Positions 9,663 through 19,189 of a stretch of 64,000 nt of DNA are shown one piece after another. The notes under the pieces were generated by a model that saw nothing but the letters and a program-made list of their open reading frames with translations, ran no database searches and was not told where the DNA came from. Made by a program: the position numbers and the translations under genes. Each line of letters opens with the position of its first letter. Position 1 is the first letter of the stretch. Source of the stretch: Acidimicrobiia bacterium (GTDB lineage Bacteria > Actinomycetota > Acidimicrobiia > Spongiisociales > ZC4RG35); assembly GCA_965203555.1 (NCBI GenBank), contig CBDBCY010000004.1, positions 96,001 to 160,000 on the forward strand, in the 5' to 3' direction.

Positions 9663-10985
9663 ATGGCTAAGGCGCTGGTAGGGGGGAGAGTGATCGACGG
9701 CACGGGACGGGTCCCGATCGATGATGCCGTGGTGCTTATCGACGGGGAACGCATCGATGCGGTCTTCCGCCGGGGGGAGATGGAGTTTCCGGCCGACACC
9801 GAGGTCGTGGACATAAGCGGGTCGACGGTGATTCCGGGACTGATCGACTGCCACGTCCATGTCGGGGTGCTGGCCGACAACTCTTTCCTGCAGGTCGAGG
9901 ATCCCACCGGACTGGCCGACCTGTTCATGACCACATTGCTGTCTCACGGAGTAACCACCGTTCGGGACACCGGCAACTTCGATCCCGACGAGGTGTTTCG
10001 CACCTTCAAGGCGGGCCGCGCGAACTGGCCGCGATTCTTCGGCGCCGGAACGATCCTTGACGGACCGGCCGATCCTCCCGCACCTTGGCGGTGGCTGGCG
10101 ATTATCGACGACGAGGATTCGGCCCGTCGGGAAGCCTCGAAACTGATCGACGCCGGTATGGACTTTCTCAAAGTGTACGTGTGGGCCACTCTCGAGGTGC
10201 TGCGGGCCGTGGTTTCGGAAGCTCACCGTCGGGGTGTCCGCGTTGCCGCCCACGTGGGGCACATGGTCACGGTCGAAGAGGCTGTGAAGGTGGGTGTCGA
10301 CGCGCTGGAACATGTGAGGATCGGACGGGAGCTGGTGCCCGAGGATCGAATGGATGAATTCAACGGTCTGACGGGCCGGATACTCGACCCGCTGGTGGGT
10401 TGGCAACCGTGGCGGTTCGTCGATCCCGAATCGGATCTGGCCGACAACCTGATCTCGATGATGGCCGAAAAGGGCACCTACATAACGCCCACTCTTACCC
10501 TCTCCCAGGCAATCCTGCTGGGGAACACGCCCGAGGCGGTCAATCCGGCCGGTTTGGACGAAATGCCGGGTGCGGTCCAAGAGCAGTGGAGCCAATATGC
10601 CTATCCCTTCGATTACAGCGAGACCGACTGGGAAGCGGCGCCGGTGGAACTGCGCAACCAGATGGCCTTCATAGGGCGAGCACAACAGGGCGGCGTAAAT
10701 GTGACGGCCGGAACCGACCTCACCAACCCGTTCGTGGTGCCGGGGCACAGCATGCACGAGGAGTTGCGTCTGCTGGTGGAGGGCTGCGGGTTCTCGCCCA
10801 TGGATGCGATCGTGGCAGCCACCAGCCGGGCCGCCGACCTCCTGGGCCAGGGGGACGAGCTGGGTTCGGTGGAGAAGCGCAAGCTGGCCGACCTGGTGGT
10901 GCTGGAATCCGACCCGCTGGACGACATCCGAAACACGCAGCGGATCGCGGCGGTGTACAAGGGCGGTCAGGCCGTAGCGGCCTGA
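9663..10985 (+). CDS. Amidohydrolase family protein
   Basis: PGLIDCHVH, GVTTVRD, AGTD, ADLVVL motifs; RBS AGGAG upstream. Confidence 0.9.
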   Translation: MAKALVGGRVIDGTGRVPIDDAVVLIDGERIDAVFRRGEMEFPADTEVVDISGSTVIPGLIDCHVHVGVLADNSFLQVEDPTGLADLFMTTLLSHGVTTVRDTGNFDPDEVFRTFKAGRANWPRFFGAGTILDGPADPPAPWRWLAIIDDEDSARREASKLIDAGMDFLKVYVWATLEVLRAVVSEAHRRGVRVAAHVGHMVTVEEAVKVGVDALEHVRIGRELVPEDRMDEFNGLTGRILDPLVGWQPWRFVDPESDLADNLISMMAEKGTYITPTLTLSQAILLGNTPEAVNPAGLDEMPGAVQEQWSQYAYPFDYSETDWEAAPVELRNQMAFIGRAQQGGVNVTAGTDLTNPFVVPGHSMHEELRLLVEGCGFSPMDAIVAATSRAADLLGQGDELGSVEKRKLADLVVLESDPLDDIRNTQRIAAVYKGGQAVAA

Positions 10986-10986
10986 T

Positions 10987-11850
10987 CTAGGCCGAAACGA
11001 TCCGGAGACGGGCTCCCGAGGCGGCGCCCGGATCTATGTCAAGACTCCGAGGCGTCTCGATGAAGGGGACGCCTCGGTGGGACAGCGCCCCGGCTGTGGC
11101 CGCGATCGCCGGGGTGGACAACACCAGGCGAAAGGGTCCCGGTCCATCTTGCTCCAGCACTTCGGCCATCGGCCCCTCTTCCGTGGGCTGGTGGATGCCC
11201 AGGACGAAATCTCCCAACCGATAGTGGAGGCTGCGAGCGCCGGTCTGCGGCGACGCCGGCCGGATGCGACGTGACCCGAGGCCGAGCGCCCGGTCGTAGA
11301 ACCGCTCCGCCTCCTCCAGGCTCTCCACCACCAGGTCGATTCCGGCTACCCCGGTCACTCCGCAGGCGTGGCGCCCCGCCGGATCCCAGGCGAGGAGGTC
11401 CGTTTCCGGGGTGATCCAGTCGATCAGATATGGCCAGGGTTTGCGCCAGGGTGATCCTCCCGGCACCACCAGCCGCCACTCCAGGCGCCTGCCATCGGGC
11501 CGGACCCGATCCATGTCGAACGGTCCCTCCGCTCCGACTCCCAGGGCCTTCAACCCACGGGCCTGCTCCTCCAGGGCGGTTCCGGCCAGAACGTAGCCGA
11601 CCAGTCCCGAGGATCTCCCCAGAAAAGCCAGTAGTTCGGCGCCGAACGGTCCTCGCTCCCGCGCCAGATCGGGGTTCTCCACGGTCAGCAGTTCGAGATA
11701 GTCCAGACCGAAGCGGACGATCGCATTGCGGGTGCCGAGCGACGGGTGCCGGCCACCTTCGGACACCGCGAAACCCAGTCCGCGGAAGGCAGCCATGCCG
11801 GTCTCCAGGTCGGGAATCCCGATCACCGCGTGGTCGAAACGCTCGATCAT
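10987..11850 (-). CDS. VOC/glyoxalase-like family protein
   Basis: FDHAVI, GGRHPSLGTRN, YLELL, PYLIDW typical of the glyoxalase_3 type. Confidence 0.85.
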   Translation of the reverse strand: MIERFDHAVIGIPDLETGMAAFRGLGFAVSEGGRHPSLGTRNAIVRFGLDYLELLTVENPDLARERGPFGAELLAFLGRSSGLVGYVLAGTALEEQARGLKALGVGAEGPFDMDRVRPDGRRLEWRLVVPGGSPWRKPWPYLIDWITPETDLLAWDPAGRHACGVTGVAGIDLVVESLEEAERFYDRALGLGSRRIRPASPQTGARSLHYRLGDFVLGIHQPTEEGPMAEVLEQDGPGPFRLVLSTPAIAATAGALSHRGVPFIETPRSLDIDPGAASGARLRIVSA

Positions 11851-11860
11851 TTTGGGCTGT

Positions 11861-12847
11861 TCAATCGACCAGCGCCGGGAGCACTTCTTCGGTGACCCTC
11901 TCGAACTGGTGCGCCTCGTCGTAGGCTACCATCCTGAGGGTGATGGTGGTGGCCCCGGCTTCGGCGAATTCTTGGATGCGCCTGATGCACTCGTCGGGGT
12001 CGCCGATCGTCACCCACCGCTCCAGGAACCCCCGGTCGTAGTCAGTCCCGTAGTAGTCACGCATGTAGGAAACCACCTCTTCCATGCCTCGGTCCGGGTC
12101 TTCGGTGACGTGGATGTTGTAGTAGAAGCCGGCCTCGAAGTCGTCTCCCAGCGGGCGGCCCTCCTCTTGACCGTAGCGTTTGATGGTCGCCAGGTTGGCT
12201 GCCAGGCTCTCGGGTGTGTTGGCGGTGGTCATCCAGCCGTCGCCGAGTCGGGCGACCCGCCGCAGAACCCTCTCCGCCAGTTTGGGGAAGGCGGGGTTGG
12301 CATGGGCGGTGATCCAGATCGGAATCGGCTGCTGCACCGGTCGGGGGAGCACGGTGACATCCTCGAACCGGTTGTAGGTCCCCTCATAGGAGGCGCGCTC
12401 GGTCTCCGACACCAGCCGCAGGATCTCGATCGCCTCTTCCATTCGCCGGCTTCTCGTGGAGGGATCAATTCCGAAGGCGGCGAACTCTTCCTCGAATTTC
12501 CCCCCACCCGCCTCCCTCTGCCCCTGGCAGGCCACGAAAATGGACCGGCCTCCACATAGGAAGTCAAAGCTGAGCCACTGGTAGGCCATCAGCAGCGCGT
12601 CTCGTAGCGGTGTGCTCGCCATGCAACCCACTCCCAGCTTGACCCGCTCGGTGACAGAGGCCAGTGCTCCGAGCGCCACGAAGGCGTCCAGCCTGGGCTT
12701 GGCGAAGATCGAGTCACCCAGCCAGACCGAGTCCCACACTTCATCCCGGTCCGCCTCGGTGGCCAGGTCCAGCATCTCCCCGACGCTGGACAATCCCAGC
12801 AAAACGCTTCGGTTCGACAGCGTAAGACCGTATTTGGCTCGGCTCAT
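11861..12847 (-). CDS. LLM-class flavin/F420-dependent oxidoreductase
   Basis: DSVWLGD, TERVKLG, PRPVQQPIPIW, RVARLGDGW. Confidence 0.9.
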   Translation of the reverse strand: MSRAKYGLTLSNRSVLLGLSSVGEMLDLATEADRDEVWDSVWLGDSIFAKPRLDAFVALGALASVTERVKLGVGCMASTPLRDALLMAYQWLSFDFLCGGRSIFVACQGQREAGGGKFEEEFAAFGIDPSTRSRRMEEAIEILRLVSETERASYEGTYNRFEDVTVLPRPVQQPIPIWITAHANPAFPKLAERVLRRVARLGDGWMTTANTPESLAANLATIKRYGQEEGRPLGDDFEAGFYYNIHVTEDPDRGMEEVVSYMRDYYGTDYDRGFLERWVTIGDPDECIRRIQEFAEAGATTITLRMVAYDEAHQFERVTEEVLPALVD

Positions 12848-12853
12848 GGACGT

Positions 12854-13693
12854 CTACCTGCGGAAAGACCGCATGGCCAGCTTGGCGAAGAGCCCTCCCA
12901 GCGGTGTCAGATCGCCATGGTCGGCCTGGTCTAGAGCTTCGAGATAGAAGTCCCGATCATCGCGGTCTACCACGATGGGGGGAAATTCGGTTTTCTCCGT
13001 TGCAAAAAGGGTCAGTGCTCTCGCTACCCGGCCGTTGCCATCCTGGAAGGGGTGGATCTGCACGAACCGATGATGCAGCCAGGAGGCTGACACGACGGGA
13101 TGGACGTGGTCCATTCCGTGGTACCAATCTATTAACCGTTCAATCTCACCGTTCACCTGCTCGGGTGGGGCAAAGACGTACAGGGAGCCATCCCCCAGCC
13201 GCACGTTGTTGGGGAGGGTTTTGTATTTTCCGTGCTCCAATTCGGTCTGTATCGAGCGTCCCAAGGCGTCGGTGGCGTCATAAAAATGCTGCGTTCGGGT
13301 GATCAAGGCATGCAGTTCCTTGACGAAAGAGGTGGTGAGAGGGCGTTTGTCACGCACATATTCGGTGACCATCTCCAACCCCTCCATTTGATCTTGGAGC
13401 GTTGGCAAAACTTCCGGATCTCCGCCCGCCCTCGCCATGGCCTCTCTGGTGAGCCCTTCGGCCACCAGCGTTTCCGTGACATCCCGGTCGATTCGATACA
13501 ACCGTTCGATGATCCCGGTTTCGATGGCATGTCTGCGGAGGGCTCGGCGTCTCAGTCGATCGGCATCTGCCGCCGGGGAAGCAGCGTATTCCTGCCGCGA
13601 GCCATGCATCACATCCAACACTGCCAAGTCGCCTCTGAGTTTGTCCTCGACTCTTGGGTCAAGAGGCTCGATGGGATGCCATCCGTTGTCCAT
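12854..13693 (-). CDS. Fic family protein
   Basis: Canonical HPFQDGNGRVAR Fic motif; AIETGIIE N-terminal motif. Confidence 0.92.
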   Translation of the reverse strand: MDNGWHPIEPLDPRVEDKLRGDLAVLDVMHGSRQEYAASPAADADRLRRRALRRHAIETGIIERLYRIDRDVTETLVAEGLTREAMARAGGDPEVLPTLQDQMEGLEMVTEYVRDKRPLTTSFVKELHALITRTQHFYDATDALGRSIQTELEHGKYKTLPNNVRLGDGSLYVFAPPEQVNGEIERLIDWYHGMDHVHPVVSASWLHHRFVQIHPFQDGNGRVARALTLFATEKTEFPPIVVDRDDRDFYLEALDQADHGDLTPLGGLFAKLAMRSFRR

Positions 13694-13924
13694 GGGGCCT
13701 TCAATCTAATGGACTTCGGGTGTGGCGCCTCTGTGTTTCCTCCGGTCAGGCACCGGGGCTCACCGGCCGACCAACCACCCTGCAGTAGGACTCACGTGCC
13801 GTGTGCCGCGGGCAGGTTCGCCTCCCTCGTGAGGTGGAAGAGAGTAGCATCTTGGTGTCTCGGATACAGCCACGTCACCGGTTGGCCGGTTGAGCCTTGG
13901 GCGAGGAAGGAGGATCAGAGGCAG

Positions 13925-14695
13925 ATGGTATTCAAGCGGATGAGAGAAAAGAGAGAGAAGAGGGAACTGGAGCTACGGCAGCGGGCGCTGGCCGACGCTA
14001 CCGAGCAGTGGAAGAGCGAGAAGCAGGCCCTGGAGTCGGAGATCGATTCTCTCTTCAACTACGAGGATGTGTTCGACGAATACCGCGACGACTTTCCGAT
14101 CATCACCAAAAGAGGCGAGGAAGGAATACTGACGGTGCGCGGCGCCGCTCTAACCGAGACCCGCAGGAAACGGGCCACCTACCAGGGTGGGTCCTCTGGT
14201 TTCTCGTTTCGAATCGCCAAAGGCGTCTCCTACCGGGTGGGAGGCCACCGAGGCACGATAACGCCGTCCGCCGAACAGGTGACTCTCATCGACGGCGCCG
14301 ATTCATCGGGGGTGTTTGTGGTCACCAACCGCAGGGGTCTGTTTCGAGGCAGTCTCTACAACCGGGAGTTCAGATGGGACAAACTGATCGCGGTGGCGGT
14401 GGAAGACTTCAGTGAAGGTGTGGCCGTGATCCAACTGCCCGTCGAGAATCGGGTGAAGACCAGCGGCATCCTGGTGCCGAAGGAGCACCTTCCCCTGGTC
14501 CACAGCCGGATCAAATTCGGGGTGGCCCTGTACCGGGGCATGGAAGACCGCCATCTCGAGAGCCTTCAGAAAGAGTTGGCCGAACTGGAGCGGGAAAGGC
14601 CCCGACTGGAGGACATCGCCCCGGACGGCCAGTTCACGATCGACGGCACCTGGAGTAGGGCCTACCAGGGGACCGACTTTCGCTCGGAGGCGTAG
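13925..14695 (+). CDS. Hypothetical protein: coiled-coil plus probable PH/GRAM-like domain
   Basis: Strong RBS (AGGAAGGAGG) before ATG 13925; motifs GFSFRIAKGVSYRVG and GxFVVTNRRxxF. Confidence 0.7.
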   Translation: MVFKRMREKREKRELELRQRALADATEQWKSEKQALESEIDSLFNYEDVFDEYRDDFPIITKRGEEGILTVRGAALTETRRKRATYQGGSSGFSFRIAKGVSYRVGGHRGTITPSAEQVTLIDGADSSGVFVVTNRRGLFRGSLYNREFRWDKLIAVAVEDFSEGVAVIQLPVENRVKTSGILVPKEHLPLVHSRIKFGVALYRGMEDRHLESLQKELAELERERPRLEDIAPDGQFTIDGTWSRAYQGTDFRSEA

Positions 14696-14777
14696 AAACC
14701 TCGTCCGCTCAGATATCGGCTCACGGCGACGGCCGGCGTAAGGGAGACAGCGAGTGGCAATTGGACGAAGATCCCAT

Positions 14778-15401
14778 TCACAGTCTGCTTTGATTCTCCA
14801 GCCAGTTGCGTAGCTCCGCAAGACCACGCATGGCCCGATCAAGGCTCGGCGAATGAAGACGCGCTCGCTCGGGACTCCATTGCGATCTGGCGAAATTGCG
14901 AACTACTGCAACGTACTCGGGACCTACCTTGCGGCCACCTTTGGGCCGGGGCGGCACGCCTTGTCTGATGGCCTTCTTCCTCGACTTGCGGCATAGGTTC
15001 GTCAGGTATTCCTTTGGGTTGTCCAGTCCGTCAAAACTCCTTGGAGCACGGCGTTTCACGGCGAAGAAGTCGGCGAAAGCCGGGTAGTCAGCCAAGAGCC
15101 ACGCCTCGATAGAGCGTACTGCAAATCGAAAACACATACCTCGACTGGCCTCAGCCTTGAGCAGTTTGGAACGCAGTGTTGGAATGCACAGATGTCGGTC
15201 ACCGTGGTCAAGGTCTCGTATCACCAGCCAGGGCGACCAAGCAGCGACCCTGTTCAAACCGGGTAGTTTTGGATCGAGGTGAGGGGCGCCACCCGCGATG
15301 AGCCTATGTGAAGGGACAAAGCCGGCGTTGGTTAGGAGTCTTTCGGCCACCGTCTCATCGGTTGGTCCCTCCACCGCCAAGCTCAACCCCAGCGCGGTCA
15401 G
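14778..15401 (-). CDS. DUF4276-like TOPRIM-fold protein
   Basis: AVEGPTD, RDLD and RSIEAWLL motifs; coupled to the upstream ATPase; start uncertain (CTG 15401 or a nearby TTG). Confidence 0.75.
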   Translation of the reverse strand: MTALGLSLAVEGPTDETVAERLLTNAGFVPSHRLIAGGAPHLDPKLPGLNRVAAWSPWLVIRDLDHGDRHLCIPTLRSKLLKAEASRGMCFRFAVRSIEAWLLADYPAFADFFAVKRRAPRSFDGLDNPKEYLTNLCRKSRKKAIRQGVPPRPKGGRKVGPEYVAVVRNFARSQWSPERARLHSPSLDRAMRGLAELRNWLENQSRL

Positions 15402-16549
15402 ACCAGAATCCCGTCTATTCCCGATGGGGAGGTGTGAGGGCGGAGGATCTGCGCAAGGTTCCATCCTTCCTCCAATAGTTCCTCCACACCGGGAATCGCT
15501 GATGCAGATAAGGCGGTCGTACCCTCAGCGCCCGGTTGAAGGATCACCACCTCATCGAGTCCCAATCCGGGATCTTCGAGCAGTTCAGTCGAATGGGTGG
15601 AAAGAACGATTTGGGAGCTGTTGCGTCTCGCAGCCCGGTTCAGAAGAGTTGGAAGTCTCTGGACGATGGCCGTGTGGAGCGACAATTCAGGTTCCTCCAG
15701 CAGGATCACTCTACCTGCTCGTCGGGCTCCTTCCTGAACCATCCACAACAGACCGATCAGCCGCAATGTGCCATCGGAGAAGTCTTGTTCATTCTGCTTG
15801 GCGCCCCTGATGCGCCAGTGTTTGTAACGAGCTTCAAGGTGTGGCTTTCCGGCTTCGTCCCGTTCCAGAGTCAGACTCTCCAATTGGGGGACCGCGTGAC
15901 GTAAAGCATCATTGACTCTGCTCAAACGCTTGTTTCTGGTCTTGGTTGGCGTCCGGGCGATCCGAGCCAGAAAGTCACCACCGAACGGATCGGCATTCCT
16001 TCGGTGTCCGATTGCCGGATCTCTGATGATTTGTGGAACAAGGTGCAGATAACGAACTCCATTTAGGAACTCCGCAACAGGCCGGAAATCACGATTGGAA
16101 TTCACTTGTTCCAGCGCAGTTTGTGTAAGTCGTTCGTTATCCAATTGGTCGCTTTCGTCCGGACGCTCGATGACTGTCGAACCGTTCCTCTTCACAACCT
16201 CTCGACGTATGATCGGACGGTGGCGTCCCCTCTGTTCAACCGCAAAGTGAAGCTCATAACTCCAGGTGGGATTATTTCCCGGGGACACCAGCGTCATCTC
16301 GAGACCAACCCAGCCATGGTTGAAATTTCTCGCGGCCAGGCACCTGACCCGCTTCACTCCTCCACGGGCCGCAATGGCCTGCTGCAACCCGCCGCCGACT
16401 GTTGCCACGTCACGCAGGAACCTGAATGCGTCCAGTAGGTTGGACTTGCCGGAGGCGTTGGGTCCGACGACAAAAAGACGGCTTCCGACTGCGACCTCGG
16501 CTGACTTGAAATTTCTCCAGTTCATAAGGGAGAGTCGATCAATCCGCAT
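15398..16549 (-). CDS. ABC/SMC-like AAA family ATPase (AAA_21 type)
   Basis: Walker A GPNASGKS, signature FSDGT, Walker B ILLEEPE, H-loop STHS. Confidence 0.9.
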   Translation of the reverse strand: MRIDRLSLMNWRNFKSAEVAVGSRLFVVGPNASGKSNLLDAFRFLRDVATVGGGLQQAIAARGGVKRVRCLAARNFNHGWVGLEMTLVSPGNNPTWSYELHFAVEQRGRHRPIIRREVVKRNGSTVIERPDESDQLDNERLTQTALEQVNSNRDFRPVAEFLNGVRYLHLVPQIIRDPAIGHRRNADPFGGDFLARIARTPTKTRNKRLSRVNDALRHAVPQLESLTLERDEAGKPHLEARYKHWRIRGAKQNEQDFSDGTLRLIGLLWMVQEGARRAGRVILLEEPELSLHTAIVQRLPTLLNRAARRNSSQIVLSTHSTELLEDPGLGLDEVVILQPGAEGTTALSASAIPGVEELLEEGWNLAQILRPHTSPSGIDGILV

Positions 16550-16691
16550 TGAAATCCGTCCCTCCAAGCCGTTGACCTGGGTCCATCATCCTTTCACTTT
16601 ATCAAACAGACCAATTGTGGAGAGGCGCCGCTTTGCCGTCGAAGAAGTGAGGCCCACCGTGCAGTTGGTCATCGGATGGTGCTGGTGCAAC

Positions 16692-17549
16692 CTACAGGTA
16701 GCTGTAGAAACCTCGTCCGCTCTTGCGGCCGGTCCAGCCCGCTTCCACCAGTCGGGCCAGGAGAGGTGGGGGAGCTGAGCCGGGGTCGCGGAACTCGTCG
16801 TACAGGACTTTGCCGATCTCGTAGATGGTGTCAAGCCCGATGAAATCTGCCAACTGGAAGGGTCCCATAGGATGGTTCAAGCCCAATTTGACCGCACTGT
16901 CGATGTCTTCCCGGGTGGCGACGCCCGCTTCGAGCATCCGGATCGCCGACATCAAAAACGGGACCACCAAGCCGTTTACCACGAAGCCCGCCTGGTCCCG
17001 GCACAGCACGACGCTCTTGCCGAGATTGACGGAGACGAAATCGTTCACGATCTTGAGCGTGTCCTCCGAGGTGGTGATCGCCGGGATGACTTCCACCAGT
17101 TTCATGACCGGGGCGGGGTTGAAGAAGTGGATTCCCACCACGTTTTCCGGGCGGGTGGTGGCGGCGCCCAACCGGGCGATGGGGATGGATGAAGTGTTAG
17201 AGGCCAGGATCGCGTTACGGTCCTCGACCAACTGGTCGAGGCGCTCGAAGATGCTGAGCTTCAGGGAGATAACCTCCGAAACCGCCTCGATCACCAATTG
17301 GCTTTCCGAAAGCGACTCCAGGTCGTCGCCCACCGTCACATTGGTGAGGGTGCTCTCCTGCTGCTCAGCCGTCATCTTCCCCCGAGCCACCGCCTTTCCG
17401 GTGGAGTTCACGATGCGCTGGTAGGCGGCTTCGGCGCGGGCCGTGTCGGCTTCCACCACTGTGACCTCGCTTCCTGCCCGTGCGCAAACCTCGGCGATGC
17501 CGGAGCCCATCAGGCCACCTCCGACCACTCCCACTCTTGTGATATCCAT
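16692..17549 (-). CDS. 3-hydroxybutyryl-CoA / 3-hydroxyacyl-CoA dehydrogenase
   Basis: GGGLMGSGIA, ASNTSS, HFFNP, PMGPF motifs. Confidence 0.94.
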   Translation of the reverse strand: MDITRVGVVGGGLMGSGIAEVCARAGSEVTVVEADTARAEAAYQRIVNSTGKAVARGKMTAEQQESTLTNVTVGDDLESLSESQLVIEAVSEVISLKLSIFERLDQLVEDRNAILASNTSSIPIARLGAATTRPENVVGIHFFNPAPVMKLVEVIPAITTSEDTLKIVNDFVSVNLGKSVVLCRDQAGFVVNGLVVPFLMSAIRMLEAGVATREDIDSAVKLGLNHPMGPFQLADFIGLDTIYEIGKVLYDEFRDPGSAPPPLLARLVEAGWTGRKSGRGFYSYL

Positions 17550-17595
17550 ATCCTTCTTCCGTTCGATGTTTCTTGATTCGCCCTACGGGCTTCCG

Positions 17596-18903
17596 TCAGC
17601 GGGGAGGATTGTTGGAATCATCTCCCAAGGACAGGGCGTCCTGTTCCCGCCTTAGAGAAGTGATAGTAAACAACTGGTCGAGCTCCACATCCGCGTAGGT
17701 GAGTGGAGTGCCCGCTTCCAAGTCATTGACGACGCGGGCGCCGGACGCTAGTCCAAGGGGCAGCAGGCTTTCACGACGGGCAACATCGGCCCTCTCGATT
17801 GTTCCGTAGACACAGAAACCACCGATTCCATCAATCTCCTCGCCACTGCGAAGAGGTTTTTTGGCGATGGTGATGGTCTCCGCCGAGGGAGCATCGTCGG
17901 TGGCCAGGGTGGTTTCTCCACGGAGTACCGCTTTCGCAATCGATACCGGGGTTTCCAGGCTGGTTAGATGGTAGGGTCGGAACAGAGCCCAATAGGGGCC
18001 GTTGCCCACCTTCAGATACACCAGGTCCCGCACCAGCTTGTGGTGGTCGGTGGTGAACACCACGAATACTCCGGGAGCCACGCCCCGTCCGTAGTCCACC
18101 CGGTTGCGCCCCGAGAAGATTCCTCCCTCGTCGCGCGGTATATAAGTGGAAGCGAGGGTATGGCGCGTCACCTCCGGACCGTGCATCCCTCTCTTGTCGG
18201 GCAGGTAACCGAGAGCATTGGAGATAGTGGTCATCTCCATCATTGTCTTGCTGCCGTCTACAAATGAGGAGAGCATCTTGGGGTTCATCATCTGGCGGTG
18301 AGCTGTCTCCGCCACCGTGTCGGGATTGGCGGTGGGAATCAGTGGGTTGTTCTTGCCCTTCCCAACGCTGACCACGTCGAATCCCAGGCAGGTTGCGAAC
18401 TCGTACAACTCGGCGATGGCGCCCGGCTCGTCTCCACCCGACAGGGAGTAGATGACTCCCGCCTCCTTGGCCCGTTGGCGGAGGAGCGCCCCCACGGTGG
18501 CGTCCGCCTCGACGTTCATCTGCATCATATGCTTGCCGGCTTCTATAGCCTGCAGGGCTACTTTGGCGCCCATCTCGGGCACGCCGGTGGCCTCCACGGT
18601 GACGTCCAGCGGCGGAGAACTGGCCAGGGCGGCGTTCGTCGTGTGGACCCGCTTTCCGTCGGCTATCGCCTGCGAGGCTCGGTCAAGGTCGTCGGTTTGG
18701 ATGACTTCTTCTTCCACCCCCGCTGAGCGATAGATCTCCGCCGAGCGACCGCTTCCCCGGTCCACGATCACGCAGGCTTGCATACCGTCCATCCGTTCCA
18801 TGGTGATGGCCAGTCCCTCGCCCATCTGCCCGGCGCCCACTATCCCCACCCTGATCGGGTTGCCGTCCGCCTGCCGGGAACGAAGAAGAGAACTGAGGGT
18901 CAT
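17596..18903 (-). CDS. Homoserine-dehydrogenase-like NAD(P) oxidoreductase with C-terminal SAF domain
   Basis: GAGQMG, GDEPG, GKGKNN, SFVDGSK, RPYHL, DGIGG; start MTLSS at 18903. Confidence 0.85.
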   Translation of the reverse strand: MTLSSLLRSRQADGNPIRVGIVGAGQMGEGLAITMERMDGMQACVIVDRGSGRSAEIYRSAGVEEEVIQTDDLDRASQAIADGKRVHTTNAALASSPPLDVTVEATGVPEMGAKVALQAIEAGKHMMQMNVEADATVGALLRQRAKEAGVIYSLSGGDEPGAIAELYEFATCLGFDVVSVGKGKNNPLIPTANPDTVAETAHRQMMNPKMLSSFVDGSKTMMEMTTISNALGYLPDKRGMHGPEVTRHTLASTYIPRDEGGIFSGRNRVDYGRGVAPGVFVVFTTDHHKLVRDLVYLKVGNGPYWALFRPYHLTSLETPVSIAKAVLRGETTLATDDAPSAETITIAKKPLRSGEEIDGIGGFCVYGTIERADVARRESLLPLGLASGARVVNDLEAGTPLTYADVELDQLFTITSLRREQDALSLGDDSNNPPR

Positions 18904-19189
18904 TTTTGCCAGTCTATTGGTGAGGTGCCGATGACAGTATGGAATGGGGGAGACGAGGTGTTGATGCCGTAGCGGTGAACGGATCCGTAAAAGGGAGGAC
19001 ACGATTTGGGACGGATGAGCCGAGTGCTCTGCTCCTGTTCATTCCGGTACTGCCGGCGGGCGCGCCCATCGTTGGTCGCCGAACTGATCGAGGGATACGA
19101 TCATTGTTCCAGAAGGATGAATAGTGCTTGAAACCGGAACAGCCAGTGATGTTCTGTGCCGGGCGGGTGTTCGGGAACAAGGTGCTGGC

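Noticed and set aside
13232-13924. N-terminal extension of the 487-aa ORF
   Set aside because: Overlaps the Fic gene antisense; a strong RBS supports the start at 13925.
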